Shown piece by piece: positions 10,562-20,738 of a stretch of DNA of 22,335 nucleotides. Below the pieces are notes generated by a model. That model was not told the DNA's origin. It saw nothing but the letters and a program-made list of their open reading frames with translations, and did no database searches. Made by a program: the position numbers and the translations under genes. The DNA comes from Ginkgo biloba (lineage: Eukaryota > Plantae > Ginkgophyta). How positions within the stretch are numbered: the stretch's first letter is position 1; each line of letters starts with the position of its first letter. Location of the stretch: the NCBI GenBank assembly GCA_024626585.2, contig JANKJI020000001.1, forward strand, positions 754,854 to 777,188, in the 5' to 3' direction.

Positions 10562-13145
10562 NNNNNNNNNNNNNNNNNNNNNNNNNNNNNNNNNNNNNNN
10601 NNNNNNNNNNNNNNNNNNNNNNNNNNNNNNNNNNNNNNNNNNNNNNNNNNNNNNNNNNNNNGAAATAATCCACTCCTTAAAGTTTTTCCTAATCTTGGCT
10701 AATTTTATTTTTAGAGTCATATTGATCCTCTCTCACTCTCTCACATAGAAGAAATAACATTAAAACTTTGTTGAAGGCAAATTTTCTTTTTTATGAATAT
10801 TTTTAACTCAATAAGACTCAATATTCAAGGGGAATTCTATTATTAAGAAAAATTACACCTTAAAAATGTTCTTTAAGTCCTATTTTGATTAGATTAATAT
10901 TTTAAGTATGAATGGAAAAGCACAACAATTCAATGAATTGTCATCATTTTAAATGATGAATAAACATTAAATAGTTAAAGATTTGTGCACATTCTTGAAT
11001 CAACTTAAATGAAGCCAAGAAAAATATTCACTTAGCCTTAGGGATAGTTTGATGCATTTTACAGCATCCTAACTCAATTTGCCAAGTAGGCTTGCTTGAA
11101 ACATTGCCATGCATCAATATAAATAGGGTTCCCACAACCACCTCATAAAAAAATAAAAGAACTCATGAGATTGTAAAAAGTATCTTTCTTGCATCCTCAA
11201 TTTCTGTAAAAAATATTCGTTTTAAGTTAATTGCCAATGGTGCTTTAACAGAATAATTATACTCCTCTTAAGGATTTCACTTCTACTTATAATCTATTCA
11301 CTTAAGGCATATCTTAGTATCATGTAACTCTATCATGTGATGACTTTGTTTGACAGTTCATTAGGAGTATCTTTCATTATTATGGATTCATATAAAGAGA
11401 AAATAGACATAATGTAGTTAGAAAAGGTGTTGCACCCATATATATAGAGTTCCATTAGTAAATATTTTATTTATTACATNNNNNNNNNNNNNNNNNNNNN
11501 NNNNNNNNNNNNNNNNNNNNNNNNNNNNNNNNNNNNNNNNNNNNNNNNNNNNNNNNNNNNNNNNNNNNNNNNNNNATTCCACTATTTATATAGATATCAC
11601 ATCAAGTTAGATGGAAGATCATGTTACTTGACCATCATCAATTCTAAGTAAGTAGTACACATGTAAGTATATTATTTTCTCTCCTATTATTATTATTTTT
11701 AATTTTGGGAGTATTTATTTCCTTATCCATTAGTCATCTTGCATGTTGAATTTATCTATCAATAGCACCCTCGACATCTTAAACCATCTAAGTGCACTGA
11801 AATGCAAAATAGGATAGCCAAAATGTAATTTCCTACTAAATATTCAAGTAATTGGGCATCATGATCCTTGATAAGAGATAAAATGTATTAAATACTTTTG
11901 ATAGTCAAACCAAGCCATTTAAATTCATCATAAATCTACCTATCTCATNNNNNNNNNNNNNNNNNNNNNNNNNNNNNNNNNNNNNNNNNNNNNNNNNNNN
12001 AGATTATAACTTGCTCTTTAATGGATGTTGGATGCACAAAATGATCATAGTCACCTGATTTTTGATCTATCATTAGATCAAGAAAAAGGTATATTAGATA
12101 GTTAGGCATTTAGTCAAATGAAATGACTAAGTAGGTGAGAAAGCTATCCAAGTGAAATGGTTAATACAAGAATACTAATCCAAACAAATGAAGTGGCCAA
12201 ATATAGCAAGGAAATCATCTAGAAAAGTGAGCAAATTACACAGTGAGACAATCAAATAGCAAAAAATAAGATACTTAGATTGAAAATGAATTGTATTAAC
12301 TTTAAGAATTTTTAGAGTCTTAACTTTTCATAACTAGAAAGTAGATGTTGATATCAAAAAATGGAGTTCATATACAAAATATATGGCCTTGAGAAGTTGG
12401 CCTGTGTAATCTATCAGAAATTGAAAACATGAATGAATACTATGATATGAACAATAACTGTGTTGCAAAATGGACGAACACTTCAAGAAAAATGGGCGAT
12501 CGAAAACTAATCAGTGAAATAAATGAACATTATGAAATAAATGAATACTAAGATGAAAAATAAATCAANNNNNNNNNNNNNNNNNNNNNNNNNNNNNNNN
12601 NNNNNNNNNNNNNNNNNNNNNNNNNNNNNNNNNNNNNNNNNNNNNNNNNNNNNNNNNNNNNNNNNNNNNNNNNNNNNNNNNNNNNNNNNNNNNNNNNNNN
12701 NNNNNNNNNNNNNNNNNNNNNNNNNNNNNNNNNNNNNNNNNNNNNNNNNNNNNNNNNNNNNNNNNNNNNNNNNNNNNNNNNNNNNNNNNNNNNNNNNNNN
12801 NNNNNNNNNNNNNNNNNNNNNNNNNNNNNNNNNNNNNNNNNNNNNNNNNNNNNNNACTTCATTTTTAGAACAAGGAAAGAGGAGATAATAGTCCTAGGGA
12901 AGGCGGTAGCAAGTCTAAAGTTGTGTAACAACAATACAAGCCCATGTAACATTGTATATTAAAGTGTGTAATGCGAGAAAATAGTAAGAATCCTTTAGGG
13001 ATTTACTTCTTATTTTTTCTCTTTATTTGTAGGAGATTAATAAAACTATGCCAACGTAATTTTATTGGCATATTTTCGTTCTTTGCCTGCATTTATTTAT
13101 TTATTTCTACCTTATGGATGCACTAGTATTACAAATATCTATGGA

Positions 13146-13157
13146 TGGTATCAAAGT
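13146..13157 (+). other. Degenerate tRNA-iMet primer-binding site
   Basis: TGGTATCAAAGT, 10/12 to TGGTATCAGAGC, ~360 bp upstream of a gag relic; no clean CA LTR end. Confidence 0.45.
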
Positions 13158-13513
13158 GATTTAATACTAAGCACTAGTTACCCTAGTTTGGTTGTGAAGG
13201 NNNNNNNNNNNNNNNNNNNNNNNNNNNNNNNNNNNNNNGCCAATAAGGGGAGGAACCAAAATAGATGGAATTATCACCTATCATAAGGAGAGATATTGTA
13301 TCAAATTTAATGATAGAAGAAACAACATCAAAGGAGTAGATGGAACTAATGCAGTGGTCCATTATGGATTTATATAAGCAACTACAAGAGTGAATGGCCT
13401 TGATGGCACAAATGGTTGTCAATGTGAATCCTTTTATCACTAGTCTAACTATAAACAATATTATTGGTACCTAGGATTTGGGATAGCCTACTACTACTTC
13501 TTTTTAAAATACC

Positions 13514-13873
13514 GTGAAAGTGGAGAGAAGAAATTAGCTTGAGCCTCTCAATGAAGAGTTGAATGTAAAAAAGGTATAAAATTGGTTATGACAACTAGAA
13601 TTATAATTTGATTTCTAAGGCTACATGGGTAGTAAAAATATCATATATATATATAGCTATAAATGATTATCATTGTCCTATTATGGTGGGAGTATCTATG
13701 ATAGAACATGCATTTACAGGCACTATGGTAGCAAATTATTAGAAGGATTTAAGACCCTAGTGAAACAAAAAGTTATACCTAGTAGGGCATGAACAAGAAT
13801 TAAATATTTATTGGTAGTATCTATGAACCAAATTGGAATATATAGTGGTAGATTAAACTGTAGAATTCCATCA
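13514..13873 (+). mobile_element. Ty3/Gypsy gag (retrotrans_gag-like) relic
   Basis: VKVE..LEPLNEELNVKKV*NWL*QLEL*F, VLLWWEYL, FKTLVKQK, LYLVGHEQEL..W*YL*..VVD*TVEFH; fits WLxQLExYF..ALxWW..FK..WQxLRQ..VxxYTxEF. Confidence 0.72.
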
Positions 13874-14675
13874 NNNNNNNNNNNNNNNNNNNNNNNNNNN
13901 NNNNNNNNNNNNNNNNNNNNNNNNNNNNNNNNNNNNNNNNNNNNNNNNNNNNNNNNNNNNNNNNNNNNNNNNNCATCCTGGGCGCTTGATTCTCCTCCTT
14001 TGATCTAGTTTCTTCTTTGATTTTGATCGATTAGCCTCAAATTCAACTTCACCAATCCTAATATAACTTCTAGAAACTTCATTCTACCTATGGTATGGTT
14101 GTGTCAAACCTCAAATGGTCATTTTAATCGTCTATTTTGGTTGTTGTGTATTTTCCTTGTCTTGGCGCAGTTCTCTAATGTGCTTTTCAATATTTCTCCC
14201 ACATCGCGTGACTCTATTTTATGTATTCCTTTATTTAGCATGATTCACTTAGGATTTCAATGAGGGTTTATTCTTTGACTTCTTTGTTTGATGCCTTCCA
14301 TTTACTCATGATTTCTTTTTCACATGAGTTTCTTCTCAATTACACGGTGTTTGTTGTTCTTCTTTATTTCTTCTCTACTACATAGGTTTCTTCCAACAAC
14401 AAGTTCATTTTTGCTTCAAATTCACAACATTTGCTAAATCCTTCTCTCTTTGTCTTCTCCAAATATGTCATTCTCTATGGTCTTTTTCAAAACCCATTCT
14501 ATGAAGGATTTCTTAGTTGCATATGCATATAGGAAGTGACTCCCATTGTCCTCATCGCATCAATCATCCTTTCTTCGTAAATGGTTATTCTTCTATAAAT
14601 CTTAATTCCTCTTATAAGCTTGGATTCATTCTTCTTCTGGCCCGTGCCATCCTCTATTCCACTTTGGGATTCTTA

Positions 14676-14687
14676 GAACTAATACCA
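14676..14687 (-). other. Degenerate tRNA-iMet PBS
   Basis: Minus strand ..TCTCACA-TT-TGGTATTAGTTC, 9/12 to TGGTATCAGAGC, 2 nt from an LTR end. Confidence 0.6.
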
Positions 14688-14689
14688 AA

Positions 14690-14967
14690 TGTGAGATAAA
14701 AAACAAGAATTCAAGAGAAAACACAACACATGAACATGAGAGAATATGGATAGAATTGGTTTACTGCTTCTTTTTTTTTTTTTTAATTTCCTCAATACAA
14801 TGAATCAATAATGCATACGAGGGTATTTTTAAATACTTCCCTAAAAATAACTTCCTTAGGAAGTTATTGTTAATCTAAATAATTAATACAGTTATTAATT
14901 ACATTTGCATTTACACTTAAATGTATAAATACTAAAGTGCAATAAATAAACATTAAATATTCTAACA
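14690..14967 (-). repeat. 5' LTR (278 bp) of an element with unrecognised internal region
   Basis: TG..CA ends with TIR TGTGAGA / TCTAACA; PBS adjacent; minus-sense start TGTTAGAATATTTAATGTTTA resembles the Copia LTRs at 3791 and 19323. Confidence 0.7.
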
Positions 14968-15192
14968 CCTGGTGCACCTCACTTCTGGCTTCAATAATGT
15001 TAGTTTGAGGGGTTCTTTTTCTTATATAAAATTTCTTATATTAAGGAACATACGCACCGTCCTAAGTTTATTTTAATATTTTTTTAAAGTCAATTGTGGC
15101 CTCTTATTCATTCCTTAACTCCATTGTATCTTAGGTTAAGGATCTTCAACCTCCCAATTATGACTTAAGGTCACAACAATCCCTCCCCTCTT
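14968..15192 (-). repeat. PPT (15180-15192) and interrupted 3' LTR (14968-15178) of a chromovirus
   Basis: Minus strand AAGAGGGGAGGGA-T-TGTTGTGACC directly after the chromodomain; TATATAAG ~15021-15028; cut at 14967/14968 by another LTR. Confidence 0.75.
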
Positions 15193-16041
15193 AATATGAT
15201 TTTCCATTAAATCATAGTTAAAGTGGGGTGTCACTATATGAAATATTCATCTTCCCATGTTACATCATTGCCTGGTAAGTTCTTCCATTTGATCTTATAC
15301 GAGCTATTATTTGATGATTTCTTGTATTTTTTACGTGTGTATTTGTTATTGTCTTAGGATACAATACAAACTTGCCTTCTTCATCTAAAATTGAGAGTTA
15401 TGATTGCAAAACTATATTGGTACTAATATATTTCTTAATATTTAATACGTGGAACCTATCATGTATTTTTCTTTTATTTCATAGATCTATTATGCAACCT
15501 ACTTCTCCCACCTTGGCTTGAATTCTATATGGTCCATAAAAGTTTGGTTGTAGTTTTTCCTTGCCTTTAACTCCTTATAATGATAGGGGTGAATGAATAC
15601 CATATCAACCAATTTGAACAACCTCTCTATTCTTCCCTTATCACCTTATTGTTTCATTTGATTTCTTGTTGTGTTAAGATTATTTTTCAGTATTTCAAGT
15701 ATTTCTTATGCCTCCTTCATTGAATCATGTGATATTGGTATCTTAGATTCTTAGACCACATAATCCTTGTTAGATGGTGGTGCATACCCATAGATTTCTT
15801 GGAATGGTGACATGTTTATAGTAGAGTGATATGTTATGTTGTACCAAAATTTGGCTAGATGCAACACTTTATACCACTTTGATTACTTGTCTCTTATGTA
15901 GCTCCTCAAATATCTTTTTAAGCACTTATTAACAATCTATGTTTTCTCAATCATTTATGGATAGTATGTTATACACATATTAAATGTTGTTCTTACTAGC
16001 AAGAATACTTCTAACCAAAATTTACTTATGAACTTTGGATC
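15181..16041 (-). mobile_element. Chromovirus (Ty3/Gypsy, Reina-like) integrase core, GPY/F motif and chromodomain, pseudogenised
   Basis: DPKFISKFWLEVF..YYP*..IVNKCLKRYLR..HLAKFWYNITYHSTINMSPFQEIYGYAPP, EKLQPNFYGPYRI..VGEV..KIHDRFHV..LDEEGK, YKIKWKNLPGNDVTWEDEYFI**HP..RGEG. Confidence 0.95.
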
Positions 16042-16650
16042 TTAACCAAAATTTTCTCTTCCTAGTTCTATTAATATTTCTCTTACTTTATTTAAAACAT
16101 ATGTTAAATAANNNNNNNNNNNNNNNNNNNNNNNNNNNNNNNNNNNNNNNNNNNNNNNNNNNNNNNNNNNNNNNNNNNNNNNNNNNNNNNNNNNNNNNNN
16201 NNNNNNNNNNNTAAGAAGACTTATAATAACGATGCTACTTGAATCATTTCTTATGACACCACTACTTGTTGTTCTATTCATAGATATAGTGGTGAAATCC
16301 ATAAGGACCAAGCGCAACATGATTTATAAGAGCTAAGATATCCTATAATCAATGCTCATTGAAGTTGGTTTATATTTCTTTAGACAATCAACCCTCTCAC
16401 CTTAATCCTATTATATAAGTCTTTTAGACCATTCCCTCTAATATCCTCCTAATATATCGATTAATTAATTGTATTGCTAAGTTGATTGAGGTTGTTTAGT
16501 TCTTATATAACTTGGTAATGGTAGATATATCAACTGCTCTCCTTCTTCTTGTATTTAGAACAAGTCTAAATTATTCAAATATTTAAATATATACTTATGT
16601 ATCTCTAAACTTGCTATCAAAATATACGTGATATTTTGATTGAAAACCAT

Positions 16651-16662
16651 GCTCTAATACCA
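16651..16662 (-). other. tRNA-iMet primer-binding site
   Basis: Minus strand TGGTATTAGAGC (11/12), preceded by ..GATCATA-CTT (probable CA>TA LTR end at 16666). Confidence 0.75.
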
Positions 16663-16665
16663 AAG

Positions 16666-18170
16666 TATGATCTTGAACTAAGAATGTATATAATAGAATG
16701 AAAATAAAGAAAGAATAAAATTCATATTCACTACTTCCAGTCCTTTATAAAAAGGTTGATTTTATAAAGCAAGAAATCATCTCCTTCGTGGAGATTNNNN
16801 NNNNNNNNNNNACAACAAGCTTGGAAGTGGAATTAAAGTCTACAAATTTATAAATCTTAGTATCCCTCAAGATGGGATTACTTATCAAAGTACATATAAT
16901 TGTTGCCTCTCACAAGGATCAACTTATAATATATAGAATAGGATTTAAATCTTAAAGTTTGAAAAAAAAAAGGAAGAAATGGGATGACTATCTTCGACCT
17001 CTATGAAAACTCAACCTTCTCTTTATGTCTTATACTTTCTACTAATAACTAAAAGTAATTGAAAGAACCCTTCCTTCAAAGCTCGTACAATCTTTCATAA
17101 TACCTTTGGTTATAACTATCAAGGTAGTTACAATCTATTTGTTTTACCTTCTTATCCAAAACGAAATGACATGGAGGTTTTCCACATTGTAGAGGAGCTA
17201 ATGTAGTAGTCGAGCTAGTAGCTCTTAAGAACCCTATCACATCATTAAGGTAGTTTTTCCCTTATTAGGGCCTTTTATCACTAGTTGCAGTTCTTTGTTA
17301 CTTTGGGGGCCTGTTGTAATTTATAACTTGGTGTGCCATTGAACTTCAATGTGCACCATTCATTTATTAGATTCAATCTGAATTGTTTATTTATCAGAGT
17401 TATTAGTTATATTAGAGCAATTTGTATTTTTACAATTTAGTGCAACTTTATAATTTATCCTACATCATTGATTATGATGGACGAACTTTTTCCATCGATT
17501 AGAACCCATTATTATATCAAGGCCTTTTGTCACCTTCTAGAGTCTTTAATTATTTTGATAATAGCCTTTGACTTTACAACATGTTACATTAAGGCTTTAA
17601 GTTAGATTTTTTACTAAGTTTNNNNNNNNNNNNNNNNNNNNNNNNNNNNNNNNNNNNNNNNNNNNNNNNNNNNNNNNNNNNNNNNNNNNNNNNNNNNNNN
17701 NNNNNNNNNNNNNNNNNNNNNNNNNNNNNNNNNNNNNNNNNNNNNNNNNNNNNNNNNNNNNNNNNNNNNNNNNNNNNNNNNNNNNNNNNNNNNNNNNNNN
17801 NNNNNNNNNNNNNNNNNNNNNNNNNNNNNNNNNNNNNNNNNNNNNNNNNNNNNNNNNNNNNNNNNNNNNNNNNNNNNNNNNNNNNNNNNNNNNNNNNNNN
17901 NNNNNNNNNNNNNNNNNNNNNNNNNNNNNNNNNNNNNNNNNNNNNNNNNNNNNNNNNNNNNNNNNNNNNNNNNNNNNNNTTTGGTCCCATTCCTTGCAAT
18001 TAAACAAAGTTAATTTTTAGACCAATTTTAAGGAATTTATTAAGGTTACCAACTTCCTATCACTATGAAATTAAAGCCAATAATTATGTTTCTTCTTTAG
18101 ATTCAACTTGGATCAATTAGTGCTAATTATTTTTTAATTCATTAGTAAGTTTCCTATTTGGGGCATTACA
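16666..18170 (-). repeat. Possible long Gypsy 5' LTR (contains gaps)
   Basis: Minus-sense start TGTAATGCCCC at 18170, typical of Gypsy LTRs, with no PPT beside it; far end next to the PBS. Pairing the two ends across two gaps is inference. Confidence 0.35.
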
Positions 18171-19322
18171 AGAATAAACTAATATAAATAGTAATGTATA
18201 GCCAGATTAACAAAGATAAATACAATATCCATTTGTTCCTTATTATTTTTTCATATAATTAAGAATTTAATTAAATAATTATCCTTTGGCATATGGATAA
18301 TCCCTTGTAGTTTCTTAACCTCTCTTAGGAGTATGCCCATATGTTATCCCCTAGTGTTAAGCCCCTTTAATAGATTAGTCACGTCATGATGCAATATTAG
18401 TGTTGATATGAAAAAAAAACTGTTGTGGAGCAATATTTATAACATCATGGAGTAACATTTTTGTAGTTTATCACTAGCATATTACTCTATAATATTTTAG
18501 TGATTTTATTTTAAATAATTGAAACTTTTTCTCTATTAGGATTTAAGATAAAAGAGAAGTAATTAAAATCAAACAAATATCAAATAATTATATCAAAGAA
18601 ATTACAAGTAAATGATTACTCTCTCTAATAATGTTAATACAATATGAATTTAACAAGAAAGTGATAGTTAAACTATTAAGAATGTGGATGTCTATATGGT
18701 TTCATTTGCTTGAATATTGATTCTTTTTCTTTTTTTTTTTGGTATTACCTTAAAGATTTTATGCTTGTTTGTTCTTTGTTCTTTGTGCTTGTTTTTACTA
18801 TTGCCATTGTAGCTTATCATGGCCTTGTTCCATTCCCATTTGATCTTTCTTTAATGTCATGTGGCATGTGTTCTTTATCCATTTATTATGAAGTCCTTGC
18901 TCTTTTAATAGCTTTAACAGAAAACCATCTCATAGTATACTCGCTTTCTAGATTGCTTCAATAATTTTCTCTTTTACAATTTACACTTCTTACTCAAACA
19001 ATTCATCCTTAACTTCTCCATTATTCTCTTCTTATTCTTTATATTCTTCGTGTATAGTCTTTACTTTATTGTCTTGCTCTTCTTCTTATTACCTTTCTTT
19101 ACAAATATTTTCCTTGATTTCATATAAATTCTTAAGTACTTAGGCACATATATTTTTTACTGCTTCGTATTCCTTTTGAATTTCCTTACATCTCTCCATA
19201 CATGCTTTTGATATTTCCATTATCTTTCTTTTTTATCTAGACTCAAAGTCTCCATTGCTACAATTGCTCTTATAAGATTGGCTCAAAAGTTTGCCTTCTA
19301 GAGGCCATTATGGAGTTGTTAG

Positions 19323-19649
19323 CGTTAGAATATAATTTAATGTTTACATGCTATAATCGGGGTCAAAACGTAATGGTGTGATACCTAAGTCATAAATAAG
19401 AGAGAAAGTGTCATAGAGGTGAGTTGTACTTAGGTTAGCCCCCAAGTTGACACGCGTCAAGAGTTACTAGACAAGTGTCATGTCTAAAAATGACTGTTAC
19501 AGATTGTAGAATGTATAAGTACTTGTTGAGGGTATGTACATATTATGCAGAATTAATGAAATTGAAGATAGACCAATTCCACCAAATTTATAGTGTTCTG
19601 TGTTCATATTTTTGGAATGTTAGACTAATTCTGATATTTGTTTTCTACA
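19323..19649 (+). repeat. 5' LTR (~327 bp) of the same Copia family as 3469-3791, opposite orientation
   Basis: Aligns by eye to the reverse complement of 3469-3791 (GGTGAGT..CTTAGG..AAGwTGACAyGyGyCArGAGTTrCwAGACAAGT..TAGACmAATTC..TAATTCT..TACA); starts CGTTAGAA (or TGTTAG at 19317), ends TCTACA. Confidence 0.85.
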
Positions 19650-19651
19650 TT

Positions 19652-19663
19652 TGGTATTAGAGA
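19652..19663 (+). other. tRNA-iMet primer-binding site
   Basis: CA-TT-TGGTATTAGAGA, 10/12 to TGGTATCAGAGC. Confidence 0.8.
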
Positions 19664-20048
19664 TGAGGAATATCCTTAGCCTAAACTANNNNNNNNNNNN
19701 NNNNNNNNNNNNNNNNNNNNNNNNNNNNNNNNNNNNNNNNNNNNNNNNNNNNNNNNNNNNNNNNNNNNNNNNNNNNNNNNNNNNNNNNTACAGATTCACA
19801 CGAACGTTAATGATATGATGATATTGGCATTGTATTTTCTCTATGGTTTGGCGCTTGACGTTTTGGTTCTGTGTTTGACGAGTTTGATACACGTTGGCAT
19901 ATGATGCAACGTTGGCGTCTTTGTACACAACAACATTTTTTTTCAATTTTTAATTGATAATCATTTCGCTGGTTTGTTGTGATTTTTTTTCAACGTTTGG
20001 CGTATATTAGTGTTTAGCATATAGCGTGTGTGTTAACGTTCAGTGTTT

Positions 20049-20205
20049 AGATTTCAGTTTTTGGATTTGCGTCAGCATTCATGCACAGATCACACAATTG
20101 CTTGTGCCAACGTTCACATTATGCACAGAACAGATTTCTAACTTTTGGATTTACGTCAGCGTTTATACACAGATCACACGATTGCCTGCGTCAATGTTTA
20201 ACAAT
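20049..20205. repeat. Tandem duplication, ~84-bp period
   Basis: TTTTGGATTTGCGTCAGCATTCATGCACAGATCACACAATTGCTTGTGCCAACGTT vs TTTTGGATTTACGTCAGCGTTTATACACAGATCACACGATTGCCTGCGTCAATGTT. Confidence 0.9.
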
Positions 20206-20669
20206 TTTTTTCATATATGTGTTTGGCGTTTGGCCCATTTAGTTTTTTGTACATAGCGATTGTTCCATACATGCCCCTTTCTTTCATTACCGAGCATCTG
20301 TTGGGTACAGTGTTGCATCTTACAGTACCCACAAAACCATTCAGGAGGATGAGTTCCTTCAGCAATTCATCCGTCATCCCCCGTTTGAGCATGAGATCAT
20401 ATTCAAAACGGTTCAGTCGAAGCTTCACACCAAAGCAAACTCCTTAGTCTGAACGAAGTGCCTCTAAACCTAGGCTAGTACTACAGTTGAGCCAAGACAC
20501 ATACATGCTCAACCAGAAAATTCCTGGTATAAACGTCTTAGTGTATTAAGATATGCTGAACATTTGTTTTGATGCCTTCCGTCTAGATATCAGAATGGTG
20601 TTGATGATAGCATCCCAAGCCTGGTAGATGTAAGGCCAGTTGGCCGCGAATAACCAGAGTACTGCAAGC

Positions 20670-20738
20670 AAGCCTGGATGGTATATCTGTAAGCAATAAT
20701 GCATTCCTAAGGCACAAAGAAGCCTAGATGGTATATCT
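20670..20738. repeat. 19-bp direct repeat at 50-bp spacing
   Basis: AAGCCTGGATGGTATATCT (20670) and AAGCCTAGATGGTATATCT (20720); partial third copy AAGCCTGG at 20617. Confidence 0.8.

Noticed and set aside
13974-14687. Endogenous caulimovirid behind a Met-PBS
   Set aside because: PBS abuts a TG..CA LTR, and no movement protein, capsid or caulimoviral RT motif is seen.
3469-14967. Pairing the 14690-14967 LTR with the 3469-3791 LTR as one element
   Set aside because: LTR bodies do not align and the flanking 5-mers differ (AAGCG vs CCTGG).
16330-16390. RT-like LKKYKPTSMSIDYR on minus strand
   Set aside because: Single weak motif too close to the PBS, with no flanking support.
16743-16769. CTTTATAAAA/TTTTATAAAG inverted repeat
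   Set aside because: Low-complexity AT arms, likely chance.
18710-18964. Hydrophobic ORF suggesting a membrane/env-like protein
   Set aside because: Antisense of A-rich sequence trivially yields F/L/I-rich peptides; no motif.
2262-19946. ORFs of 60-136 aa made largely of X
   Set aside because: Artefacts of reading through N gaps.
20617-20738. CRISPR-like spacing of a 19-bp repeat with a 31-bp spacer
   Set aside because: Only two good copies, no cas genes, eukaryotic TE context.
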